Source: Hyalangium minutum
GTDB lineage: Bacteria > Myxococcota > Myxococcia > Myxococcales > Myxococcaceae
Length of the DNA stretch: 64,000 nt
Assembly (NCBI RefSeq): GCF_000737315.1
Contig: NZ_JMCB01000006.1
Location: 62,001 to 126,000 of the forward strand
Reading direction: 5' to 3'
Part shown: positions 39,419-47,801 of the stretch, piece after piece
How positions within the stretch are numbered: position 1 is the stretch's first letter
Layout: every line of letters starts with the position of its first letter
Made by a program: the position numbers and the translations under genes
The notes under the pieces: generated by a model
Databases searched by the model: none
What the model was told of the DNA's origin: nothing
What the model saw: only the letters and a program-made list of their open reading frames with translations

Positions 39419-42400
39419 CTATTTCCCAGAAGGCGGTGTTGCGCAGACGCGCAGGCCCACCGTGAGATCCCGGAGCGAGGCATCGGAGGAGTCCCGATTG
39501 GCGGAGCGGGCGGTGTTGGGGCCGTAGTAGTAGCTGCCCCCGCGCGCGACCGGCTTGGTGGAGTCCCACCAGTTGCGCGTCCACTCCCACGCATTGCCCG
39601 CCATGTCCTCCACCCCGAAGGGGCTGGCGGACCGAGGGTAGGTGCCCACCTCGTCCGGGCCAAAGCCGCCGGAGCGCTGGCCGTAGGTGCTGTCGATGTT
39701 GGCGTCATCCACCTCGAGCTTGGGGCCGTGAGGGTATTCGCGCCCGTCCACGCCTCGGGCGGCGCGCTCCCACTCCAACTCCGTGCACAGCCGGGCCCCC
39801 GGCACCCCGCCCTGCGAGAGGGGCCGCCGGGCCAGCCAGGCGACATATGCCTCCGCGTCCGTGAGGTTGATGCCGGTGACAGGCATGCGCAGCCAGTCCT
39901 GCTCGGCCCGCTGGGTGCGTTCGGCGTAGCGCAGCTTCGCGCCCTCGCGGACCACGTACTCCGGGGAGCCCGGGCTGGGCTTCAGGTGCAGCACCCACGT
40001 CCCCTGCACCCGCTCCAGCTTCAGCTGGCCGACCGAGTCCTTCACTCCCGGCGTCCGGCGGATGCGCTCCTCTTCGGGCAGCTCCTCCAGGAAGGCCAGC
40101 CACTGCTGGTAGGTCGTCTCATGGCGGGCAATGAGGAAGCCCGCCGTGGAGCGCTCGTGGAGGGGCACTGTCTTCAAGAAGTCGCGCATGGCGTCCACGG
40201 AACTGCCAAAGCGCAGGGGCCCTGGAGGCACGTAGATGAAGTCCTGGGGGAGCGTCCCTTCCGGCAAGAGCGGCAGCTTGAGCAGCCGCTTCTCGCCCCG
40301 CGTGAGCTGCAAGGGCATGGAGGCAGGCACATGGCCCGGAGCGCGTGCCGTCAGCTGGTACAGGCCGGGTAGCACCGGCGTGCCCTTCCAGGTCCCGGAG
40401 GTGAACCGGACCGGTGTCCTGGGCTCCTCGTCGAGATCCGCGTCATCCGCCAGCGGCAGGAGCTCCACCTCGGCCCCGGGTGCCTCCACCTCCAGCGTGA
40501 CGAGCGCGGGAGCGGTCCACCGGCTCCACCGCTGCTCGTCCACGTCATAGAGGCGCAAGCGCTGCAGCAACGCGGGCAGCGTGGCCAGCTCTCCCTCCTG
40601 CTCGGCGAGGAGCGCGCGCTCGTAGAGGTAGTCCGCCAGCGCCTCCCTCACGATGCCCCGGTCAGGTGCCAGCACCAGCGCGCGCTCCAGCCCGTAGGCC
40701 ACGGCGTTGAAGTGCTGGCGGACCTGGGCACTGCGGCTCGCGGCGTGCGTCCACGCGGCTTCCCCTTCGGCCTTGAGGCCCGCCCCGTACCGCTGGAAGG
40801 CTTCCGCGCGCTCGACCACCAACGCCTCGCGCTCGCCGCGAGCCTGCTCCAGGCCCCGCGTGGACTCGGCCAGCAGCGTGCGAACCTGCTCCTCGAGCTG
40901 CATGCGCTCGCGAAGCCGGCCGCTGCCATACACGAGCCCCAGCAGCAGCAAGAAGCCCGCGGCCAGGGCGCGCCGGGCCCTGCGGCTGCGCACCACCGTG
41001 CGGCGGGACTCCTCCAGGAACTCCTGCTCCCGGCGCGTCAGCTCGCCCGGGTCCAGCACCGCCGTCTCGGCCAGCTGCCGGGAGCCCCAGAGCACGTCGC
41101 GCGTGTGCCCCAGCCGCTCCCACTGCGCGGCGGACGACTCCAGCCGGGCCTGCACCTCGCGGCGCTCGGCGGCCTCGGCCAGCCAGCGGGCCAGCGTCTT
41201 CCAGCCGGTGACGAGCGCCTCGTGCGCCACTTCATAGGAGGTGCCGTCCTCCGCCTCGCGGGCCACCAGCAGGCGCGCGCGCACCAGCGCCTCCAGCGCC
41301 GCGCGGTAACGAGGATCCGCGCCCACCAGCTCCCGGTCCGTCTTCCGGGCGCGCGTGCCGTCGGCGGTGATGAGGCGCAGCAGCACCCCACGCGCGGCCA
41401 CCCGCTGATCCGGGAGCAGGCTGTCCACGGCCGCATCCGCGTGCTTCGCCAGCGCGCCCGACACGCCGCCCAGCCCGTCCAACGCGGCCTGGGTGATCAC
41501 CTCGGCGGCCTTGTCGCGCGCCTCCCACAGCTCAGCGAGGGCGAACTGGAGCAGCGGCAGCCCGCCCTCGGTGGCGGCGGTGGCGGCCACCAGCGTGTCC
41601 ACCAGCGCCTCGGACTCGAAGCGCACGCCCTTCACGCGCGCCGGGCCGACGATGGCCTCGCGCATCTCCTCGGGCGTCAGCGCGCGCAGCAGGTAGAGCG
41701 CCCGCGGCAGCTCGGCACCGAGCCCCGGCACCGCCGTGAGCCGCGTGAGGAAGTCACTGCGGCCCGTGGCCAGCAGCCGTACGCCCGTCACGCCCTCGGC
41801 CAGCTCGCCCAGCGCGAGGCCCGCCTGCGCGGCCTCCTCGGGCACGGAGAGCGTCACCAACTCCTCGAGCTGATCCATATAAAGGATGAGCCCGTCCTTG
41901 GCGCCCAGCTTCGCGCGCAGCCGCCGTGCCAGCTGCGTCGGCTCCGTGTGGAGCAACTGGGCCAGGGGCTCCTCCTCCATCTCCAGCACGGGGGCGAGCG
42001 CCGCGGCGAGCGCGGCCACGGGGCGGCGGCCCGGCACCAGGCGCGCGCTCTTCCACTTCCGGCCGTCCTCCAGCACCCCCTCCGCGATGAGGGGGATGAC
42101 GCCGGCCAGACACAGCGAGGACTTGCCCACGCCCGAGTCGCCGGTGATGAGCAGGAAGGGCTCTCCCTTGAGGCGCTCGATGACCGCGCGCTGCTCGCGC
42201 CGGCGGCCGAAGAAGAGGGCGCGGTGCTCGGCCTCGAAGGCCTGCAGGCCGCGGAACGGGTTGCCCTCGGGGATGGCGCCAGCAGAGAGTTCGTCCCGGC
42301 CGACCTGCTCCAGCGCGTCGAGCATCGCCGCGGCCGAGGAGTAGCGCTCCGAGGGCTCCCGGCGCAGGCAGCGCTCGATGACGGCGGCGAGGTTCGGATC

Positions 42401-43243
42401 CACGCCGGTCGCGGCCTCGGCGAGGGGACGCGCGTCCCGGCTGCGGACCTCCTCGGACAGCTCGCGCCAGGGCACGTCGCGGAAGGGGCCCTTGCCCGAG
42501 ACCAGCTCGTAGAGCACGAGGCCCAGCGAGTACACGTCGCTGCGCGCCGTGAGGTCCTCGCCGGCCCACGCCTCCGGGGACATGTAATAGGGCGTGCCCA
42601 CCAGCGCGCCGCGAGGGAGCGAGGGGAGGAACACGCCGTCCAGCGAGCGGGCGCCGAAGCCCGGGCTGGCGTCCGGGTCGAGCTCGGCGGGCAGCTCGGG
42701 CGGAGTGGGCGGTCGGCTCGGGCTCTTGCCGGGCTCGGCGGCGGAGGAATCCAGCAGCTTGGCCAGACCGAAGTCGAGCAGCTTCACCTCGCCGCTCTCG
42801 GTGAGCACGGCGTTGCCGGGCTTGATGTCGCGGTGGAGTACGCCGCGGCGGTGGGCGGCGCTCAGTCCTCGCGCCAGGTCCTTGCCGATGGAGAGGGCCC
42901 GCTCCCCAGACACGGGCTTGGCGAGCCGGTCCAGGCTGACGCCGCGGATGAACTCGGAGATGAGGTACGGCTGCTCCTCGAGCTGCCCCACGCGGTAGAG
43001 GGTGACGACGTTGGGGTGCTGGATGCGGGCAGCGGCCCGGGCCTCCACGAGGAAGTGGGACAGGGCGTTGGGGCCGAGGGCGGGGATGAACTTCACCGCC
43101 ACGGGGCGCTCGAGCAGCGTGTCGTGGGCCAGATACACCCGCCCCGTCCGCCCACGGCCAATGAGCCGGATCAGACGGTACTCGTCGAACTCCTGGGGAG
43201 GAGTCCACGCATCCGGGGGCGGAGAGGAGGCGGGAGAGGCCAC
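39419..43243 (-). CDS. Ser/Thr kinase - STAND (nSTAND1-like) NTPase - TM - PEGA-like - FGE/SUMF1-fold protein
   Basis: Kinase VAVK, HRDIKPGN, DFG, GTPYYMSPE; NPFRGLQAF...FFGR; Walker A GDSGVGKSS; Walker B LYMDQLEEL; LPLLQFAL; HEAL; TM LAAGFLLLLGLVYG; FGE-fold ETTYQQW, P......DAEAY, WERAARG, SPFGVEDMAGNAWEW, RGGSY, GLRVC. Confidence 0.9.
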   Translation of the reverse strand: MASPASSPPPDAWTPPQEFDEYRLIRLIGRGRTGRVYLAHDTLLERPVAVKFIPALGPNALSHFLVEARAAARIQHPNVVTLYRVGQLEEQPYLISEFIRGVSLDRLAKPVSGERALSIGKDLARGLSAAHRRGVLHRDIKPGNAVLTESGEVKLLDFGLAKLLDSSAAEPGKSPSRPPTPPELPAELDPDASPGFGARSLDGVFLPSLPRGALVGTPYYMSPEAWAGEDLTARSDVYSLGLVLYELVSGKGPFRDVPWRELSEEVRSRDARPLAEAATGVDPNLAAVIERCLRREPSERYSSAAAMLDALEQVGRDELSAGAIPEGNPFRGLQAFEAEHRALFFGRRREQRAVIERLKGEPFLLITGDSGVGKSSLCLAGVIPLIAEGVLEDGRKWKSARLVPGRRPVAALAAALAPVLEMEEEPLAQLLHTEPTQLARRLRAKLGAKDGLILYMDQLEELVTLSVPEEAAQAGLALGELAEGVTGVRLLATGRSDFLTRLTAVPGLGAELPRALYLLRALTPEEMREAIVGPARVKGVRFESEALVDTLVAATAATEGGLPLLQFALAELWEARDKAAEVITQAALDGLGGVSGALAKHADAAVDSLLPDQRVAARGVLLRLITADGTRARKTDRELVGADPRYRAALEALVRARLLVAREAEDGTSYEVAHEALVTGWKTLARWLAEAAERREVQARLESSAAQWERLGHTRDVLWGSRQLAETAVLDPGELTRREQEFLEESRRTVVRSRRARRALAAGFLLLLGLVYGSGRLRERMQLEEQVRTLLAESTRGLEQARGEREALVVERAEAFQRYGAGLKAEGEAAWTHAASRSAQVRQHFNAVAYGLERALVLAPDRGIVREALADYLYERALLAEQEGELATLPALLQRLRLYDVDEQRWSRWTAPALVTLEVEAPGAEVELLPLADDADLDEEPRTPVRFTSGTWKGTPVLPGLYQLTARAPGHVPASMPLQLTRGEKRLLKLPLLPEGTLPQDFIYVPPGPLRFGSSVDAMRDFLKTVPLHERSTAGFLIARHETTYQQWLAFLEELPEEERIRRTPGVKDSVGQLKLERVQGTWVLHLKPSPGSPEYVVREGAKLRYAERTQRAEQDWLRMPVTGINLTDAEAYVAWLARRPLSQGGVPGARLCTELEWERAARGVDGREYPHGPKLEVDDANIDSTYGQRSGGFGPDEVGTYPRSASPFGVEDMAGNAWEWTRNWWDSTKPVARGGSYYYGPNTARSANRDSSDASLRDLTVGLRVCATPPSGK

Positions 43244-43309
43244 GGTGGGTGCCTACGTGCCCGGACCTCGGCGATCAAGCCGTCCCGGGAGTCCGTACAC
43301 GCGAGGGGG

Positions 43310-43762
43310 CTAGGGCTTGTCCTTTGCCTTGCTCGGCTTGAGCATGGTGCGGATCTTGTTTTCGAGGTCCTGTGGCAAACAGGGCTTGGCGACGAACTCG
43401 TCGGCGCCGGCGTCCTTGGCTTGGTTCTCGCTGCCGGCGAGCACGTGGCCGCTGAGGGCCATCACGGGGATGTCGCGGGTGCGGGAGTCTCCCTTGATGA
43501 GGCGGGTGGCCTCCCATCCGTCCATGACGGGCAGAGACAGGTCCATGAGGATGATGTCGGGCTCGGCGACCTGGGCCTTCTCCACGGCCTCGGCGCCGTT
43601 GCGAGCGGTCTCTACCTGGAAGCCCGCGAACTCGAGGTACTCCGCATACATCTCCCGGGCGTCATCGAAGTCATCGACGACGAGGACGCGCTTCTTCGAG
43701 GGTGCGGACTCGGCGCTTGCACCCGCCTCTGCTGGCGGAAGTTTGGGGGCCGATTGGCTCAT
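43310..43762 (-). CDS. Single-domain response regulator
   Basis: VLVVDD, DIILMDLSLP (phospho-Asp), ALS, FVAKP; start MSQSAP at 43762. Confidence 0.92.
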   Translation of the reverse strand: MSQSAPKLPPAEAGASAESAPSKKRVLVVDDFDDAREMYAEYLEFAGFQVETARNGAEAVEKAQVAEPDIILMDLSLPVMDGWEATRLIKGDSRTRDIPVMALSGHVLAGSENQAKDAGADEFVAKPCLPQDLENKIRTMLKPSKAKDKP

Positions 43763-44038
43763 GGCTCGGAGGGTCTCCAGCAAAAGAGGCGATAGGGCGA
43801 TCATTCTATACACAGACTGCACTCCGCGCCCTGCCCCCCCCACCCCCGGGGCGTACACCAGCGCGCGTTCGAAGTGTCCTGAAGACGACACCGCCCCCTC
43901 GGAGAGGTTCCAAGGAAGCAGTTCCGGGAGTCTCCCAGCGCGGACGCCCCGTCCACGGCGGCGGACGGTCAGCCATGGGCGCCGAGAGAGGCGAAGCCAC
44001 TAGGATGCGCGGCACACCTCCTGCACTTCACGAAGGGT

Positions 44039-45334
44039 ATGACCCCCTCTCAAGCCCTCTTTCTCTCGCTGTGCTTGTTGTCCTCCGCGTGTATCAGCCT
44101 GCCCGACATCGACGATTCGCTTCCTGGGCCAGATGGAGGCCCTCCCATCGATGGTGGCATAGACGGAGGAAACACGGATCAGACGCCTCCGACGCTCGTC
44201 CGCACCACACCGCCACATGGCTCGACCCGAGTGCCCGTCGACTCGACGGTGGAGCTCGAGTTCTCCGAAGCGATGGTGGAGAGCAGCTTGCAGCTCACCT
44301 CGGTGCCAACGGTGTCCTTCACATTGGAGTCCTGGGCCTCCGAGTCGAAGCGCGCCGTCTTCCGCCCCTCAGCGCCCCTGGCCCAGGATCAGCAATACGC
44401 GCTCACGGCCGAGGGCAAGGACCTGGCGGGCAACACCCTCACGGGTAGTCACAGCTTTGCCTTCACCACGGTGGGCCCTGCGCCGGACACCACACCTCCC
44501 ACCCTCGTCAGCACTTCGCCCACGAATCGAGCCTTGGCCCTTCCCAGAGACACCAAGATCAAGCTCACCTTCTCCGAACCAATGAATCGCGCATCGGTGG
44601 AACGGGCCTTTTCAATCGTATCGCCGATGGAGGCTCAGGCAGGGACTATGGCCTGGAACTCGACAGGCACAGTTGCCGAGTTCACTCCGGACACCTTGCT
44701 CCCCTACACTTCAACCGTCGCCTGGGAACTCTCGGCAGCAGCGACAGACCTCGTGGGAAACGCGCTGAGCCCAGCTTCATCGCTGTTCTACGTCGCCACT
44801 CAGCGGACCTACTCACTCACTCCAATGAATATTGGTAGTGAATCTCATCTATCAAGCACCACACCGGCCGCTCAGATCGTCCCCTGGAATATCGGGGACG
44901 ATGCATCAAACAGACCTCTCCAGGTATTTCTCTCTTTTCATCTGCAGCCTCTGTTCGACTCACAAGTGACCCGGATCCTCTCCGCCAGCCTGAGATGGCC
45001 TCATGTCGATCCTGGTATTTCCACTTTCGATTCCTTGGGCAGGTTCGCCGTAGACCTCGTGAGTTACCCCCCCTCGAACTCAAACGCTTTCACCACAGCC
45101 CCCATCGGGCAGCCTCTCTTCCTGACCTACCAGGATTTAGGCGGCGCCTCGGACATCACCACGGTCAATGTCACTCCCATGGTGCTGGACTCATGGGCGA
45201 ATCAGGCTTCCCGCTATGAACGCGCGCAGTTCAGGCTCAGCTTCGAATCCTGGACAGACCAGGACAGCACCCCCGACTTCCTTCAAGTCAATCCGTTTTA
45301 TCTCGTGCTGACAGTCACTTGCGAGCAACCGTAG
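44039..45334 (+). CDS. Lipoprotein with two bacterial Ig-like (Big_5) domains and a divergent C-terminal domain
   Basis: Lipobox LLSSAC; two copies of D.TPPTLV.T.P..G...VP.....L.FSE.M...S...DL.GN.L. Confidence 0.8.
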   Translation: MTPSQALFLSLCLLSSACISLPDIDDSLPGPDGGPPIDGGIDGGNTDQTPPTLVRTTPPHGSTRVPVDSTVELEFSEAMVESSLQLTSVPTVSFTLESWASESKRAVFRPSAPLAQDQQYALTAEGKDLAGNTLTGSHSFAFTTVGPAPDTTPPTLVSTSPTNRALALPRDTKIKLTFSEPMNRASVERAFSIVSPMEAQAGTMAWNSTGTVAEFTPDTLLPYTSTVAWELSAAATDLVGNALSPASSLFYVATQRTYSLTPMNIGSESHLSSTTPAAQIVPWNIGDDASNRPLQVFLSFHLQPLFDSQVTRILSASLRWPHVDPGISTFDSLGRFAVDLVSYPPSNSNAFTTAPIGQPLFLTYQDLGGASDITTVNVTPMVLDSWANQASRYERAQFRLSFESWTDQDSTPDFLQVNPFYLVLTVTCEQP

Positions 45335-45375
45335 GACGCGGGCCGCATCTCAGGCTGCCCCTGCCGCAGTGACAG

Positions 45376-45417
45376 AAAAAAAACGCCGCCCCCCCGGAAA
45401 GGCTCCGAGAGGGCGGC
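45376..45417 (-). terminator. Intrinsic terminator of the minus-strand lipoprotein gene
   Basis: GCCGCCC/GGGCGGC stem with an A8 tract at 45376-45383 (U-tract on minus). Confidence 0.75.
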
Positions 45418-45452
45418 AGGACTGCGTTCAGCCCGTGTTCAGCGCTGCGTCA

Positions 45453-47108
45453 TCACGGCGCAGCGACGGGCACGGCGATCGGGGTGATCAGCGAGCCGTT
45501 GACGGTGATGTCGGCCGTCTGAGCCACACCCCAGCCGGACTCATAGGCATCGACGCTCGGGGTCAGCTTGCTGAAGTGGATGAACAGGCTGGTGCCCGGC
45601 TGCAAGGAGACGAAGGTCGCCGAAGGCGTCGCCGGCGGCGAGTAGGTGAAGGAGAAGCGGGTGCTGTAGCCCGAGGTGTCGAACGGGAAGACCGGCTCCT
45701 CGGCGGGAGTCCGGGTCGCGATGGGCTTGGTGGGCTCCGCCATCTGCAGCGTGAAGCCAACGCCGGTGCTGCGGCCCGTGGACGGATCGCGCTCGCCCGT
45801 CGCGTCACCTATCTTGCCGCTCCCGTTGAGATCCAGTCCTACATAGACCTGCGCGTACTGGGTCTCGAGCAGCGGCGTCATCACCTGGTTGAAGTTCACG
45901 TACACGGTCTCGAGGCGGTCGATGAGGCCGTTGTTCGTGGTCACCTCCTGGAACCTCACGCTCTCGACGGCGATGGCCGGCGGGCTGCTCAGATCACCGC
46001 CGAAGAACGCCACCGTCGAACCGGTGGTGAAGGGAGCGCCGCCGGCGAGCGGCACGGCGCGGATATACAGGTTGTACTCGCGGCCTGCGGACAGCGCCTG
46101 GCCCGGCTTGATGGTCAGCACCGTGCCGCCACCCGTCACGTCCCTGGAGACGGCCAGGCTCTCCTTGCCGTACTCGTCCGTCAGCCCCACCACCACCGAG
46201 CTGGCCTGCACCGGCTGGTTGAAGACGATGTAGATACCGTCGGTCGGCTTGACCATGTTGTGCTGCGGCTTGGTCTGGAGGTTGCCGGGCTGCAGCGCCC
46301 CCAGGCTGCTGTACCTCACCGCCAGGGCTTCGCCCGGGCTATAGGCCGGAGGCAGCCGCTCCGTCTTCACCGTGCCCTGCCTCACCAGGTCCGTAGCCGG
46401 GTAGTTAATCACCAGTCCGCCCGCCTCGTAGATGCCGTCGCCGTTGGTGTCCAGCGCGTTGACCGACAGCAGGTAGCTGCCGCCCAGACGGGACAGCTCG
46501 ACCGGCGAAGGGACCTTATCAAAGGTGATGAGACCGTTGTTGTCCGACACCGCCTCCACCACCACGCGGCTCGTGGTCGACTCGGACAGGCCGAAGAGCA
46601 CGCGGCCCGCGGGGTTCACGTCCAGCGTGCCACGCGCATTCGCCGCAGGGCGGCCATCCGGCCCGAACAGGTAGAACTTCACCGAGCCATTCAGCTCCGA
46701 CAGCAGCACCGGGCCAAAGCTCGCGTTGCCGTTGTTGATGGGCACATTGCCCGCGGTGCTCGGGACCACCGAGGAGGCGCGCAGCGAGGCGAAGCCGTCC
46801 TTGCTGAACGTCAGCAGCACCTGGGCGCCGCCCGGCACATCCTTGAAGATGAAGTTGCCGCCGGCATCCGTCGTCACCGGAGCCACCGTCGCGCTGCCGA
46901 TCGTCATCGTGACGTTGACGCTCGCCAGCGGCTGCTGCTGGGTCGTCAGCACCTGGCCGGAGACCGTGCCCTTCGGCGTCGCAGGAACCACCACCGATAC
47001 GTTGTTCGGATCCTGGATACCGTCCGCAATTCCGTCACCGTTGGCGTCCTCGGCACCACCGCACCCGGCCATCAGAAACGGCACGAGGGCCATTGCCAGC
47101 TTCTTCAT
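45453..47108 (-). CDS. Lipoprotein with carboxypeptidase-regulatory-like and Ig-like domains and Dx(D/N)xDG loops
   Basis: Lipobox LMAGC; DANGDGIAD, DTNGDGIYE, DLNGSG; TTDAGGNFIFKDVP; IYIVFNQPV Ig-like segment. Confidence 0.75.
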   Translation of the reverse strand: MKKLAMALVPFLMAGCGGAEDANGDGIADGIQDPNNVSVVVPATPKGTVSGQVLTTQQQPLASVNVTMTIGSATVAPVTTDAGGNFIFKDVPGGAQVLLTFSKDGFASLRASSVVPSTAGNVPINNGNASFGPVLLSELNGSVKFYLFGPDGRPAANARGTLDVNPAGRVLFGLSESTTSRVVVEAVSDNNGLITFDKVPSPVELSRLGGSYLLSVNALDTNGDGIYEAGGLVINYPATDLVRQGTVKTERLPPAYSPGEALAVRYSSLGALQPGNLQTKPQHNMVKPTDGIYIVFNQPVQASSVVVGLTDEYGKESLAVSRDVTGGGTVLTIKPGQALSAGREYNLYIRAVPLAGGAPFTTGSTVAFFGGDLSSPPAIAVESVRFQEVTTNNGLIDRLETVYVNFNQVMTPLLETQYAQVYVGLDLNGSGKIGDATGERDPSTGRSTGVGFTLQMAEPTKPIATRTPAEEPVFPFDTSGYSTRFSFTYSPPATPSATFVSLQPGTSLFIHFSKLTPSVDAYESGWGVAQTADITVNGSLITPIAVPVAAP

Positions 47109-47245
47109 CGTCCCCACCTTGAGAGTTTTCTGAGAAGTTCACGCCGCGACACAGGGCGGCGACGGGACACTCTCCGACTCGGGGGGCGGACGTCAAGAGA
47201 GTGACAGTCGGATCAACCCAGGACGTCCTGCTAGGGTTTACCCAC

Positions 47246-47695
47246 ATGTCCGACGTGAACGACCCTTGCCTGGGGTGCGCCGTGGTGAGCGGCGCCACCC
47301 GCCCCGTGGGAGGCATCCTCGCCCGCGCGCCCGGCCTGGTGCTCCATGGCGTGGCCGGCCCCAGCCCCGTGCCCGGCTGGGTGGTCATCTCCAGCGAGCG
47401 CCATGTGCGCGGCCTGTACGACTTGGACGAGCCCACCGCCCGGGAGCTGGGCGCCTTCGCGGCCCGGGTGATGCGTGCTCAGCGCCAAGCGCTCGGCGCC
47501 GCGCATGCCTACGCCTTCGCCATCGGCGACGTGCTGCGCCACTTCCACCTGCACCTCGTGCCCCGCTACCGGGACACGCCCCCCCACCTGTGGGGCCGGG
47601 CCGTCTTCGAGGCCTCCGCCCAGGAGCACCTCCCCGCCGAGCAGCTGGAGGCTGCGGCCCAGACCCTTGCCGCGGCGCTGGCCTCCGAGTCCTGA
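47246..47695 (+). CDS. HIT family nucleotide hydrolase
   Basis: N-terminal CLGC, ERHV, histidine triad HFHLHLVPR. Confidence 0.88.
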   Translation: MSDVNDPCLGCAVVSGATRPVGGILARAPGLVLHGVAGPSPVPGWVVISSERHVRGLYDLDEPTARELGAFAARVMRAQRQALGAAHAYAFAIGDVLRHFHLHLVPRYRDTPPHLWGRAVFEASAQEHLPAEQLEAAAQTLAAALASES

Positions 47696-47801
47696 GCCCC
47701 ACGGGCCGCCGCCTGCCTGCCCCCGCCCAAGTCCGGAGGCCAGGATTTCTCAGGGGCCCGTGGACCTCTCCCCTCGGGGTAGGGAGAATGCCGACTCTCC
47801 C

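Noticed and set aside
39419-39700. Diversity-generating retroelement target (C-terminal FGE/CLec fold)
   Set aside because: No reverse transcriptase, no Avd and no second copy of the 3' region (template repeat) in the window.
45453-47108. Assignment as gliding lipoprotein CglD/CglB
   Set aside because: No VWA/MIDAS motif and the size does not fit; only generic Ca-loop motifs are shared.
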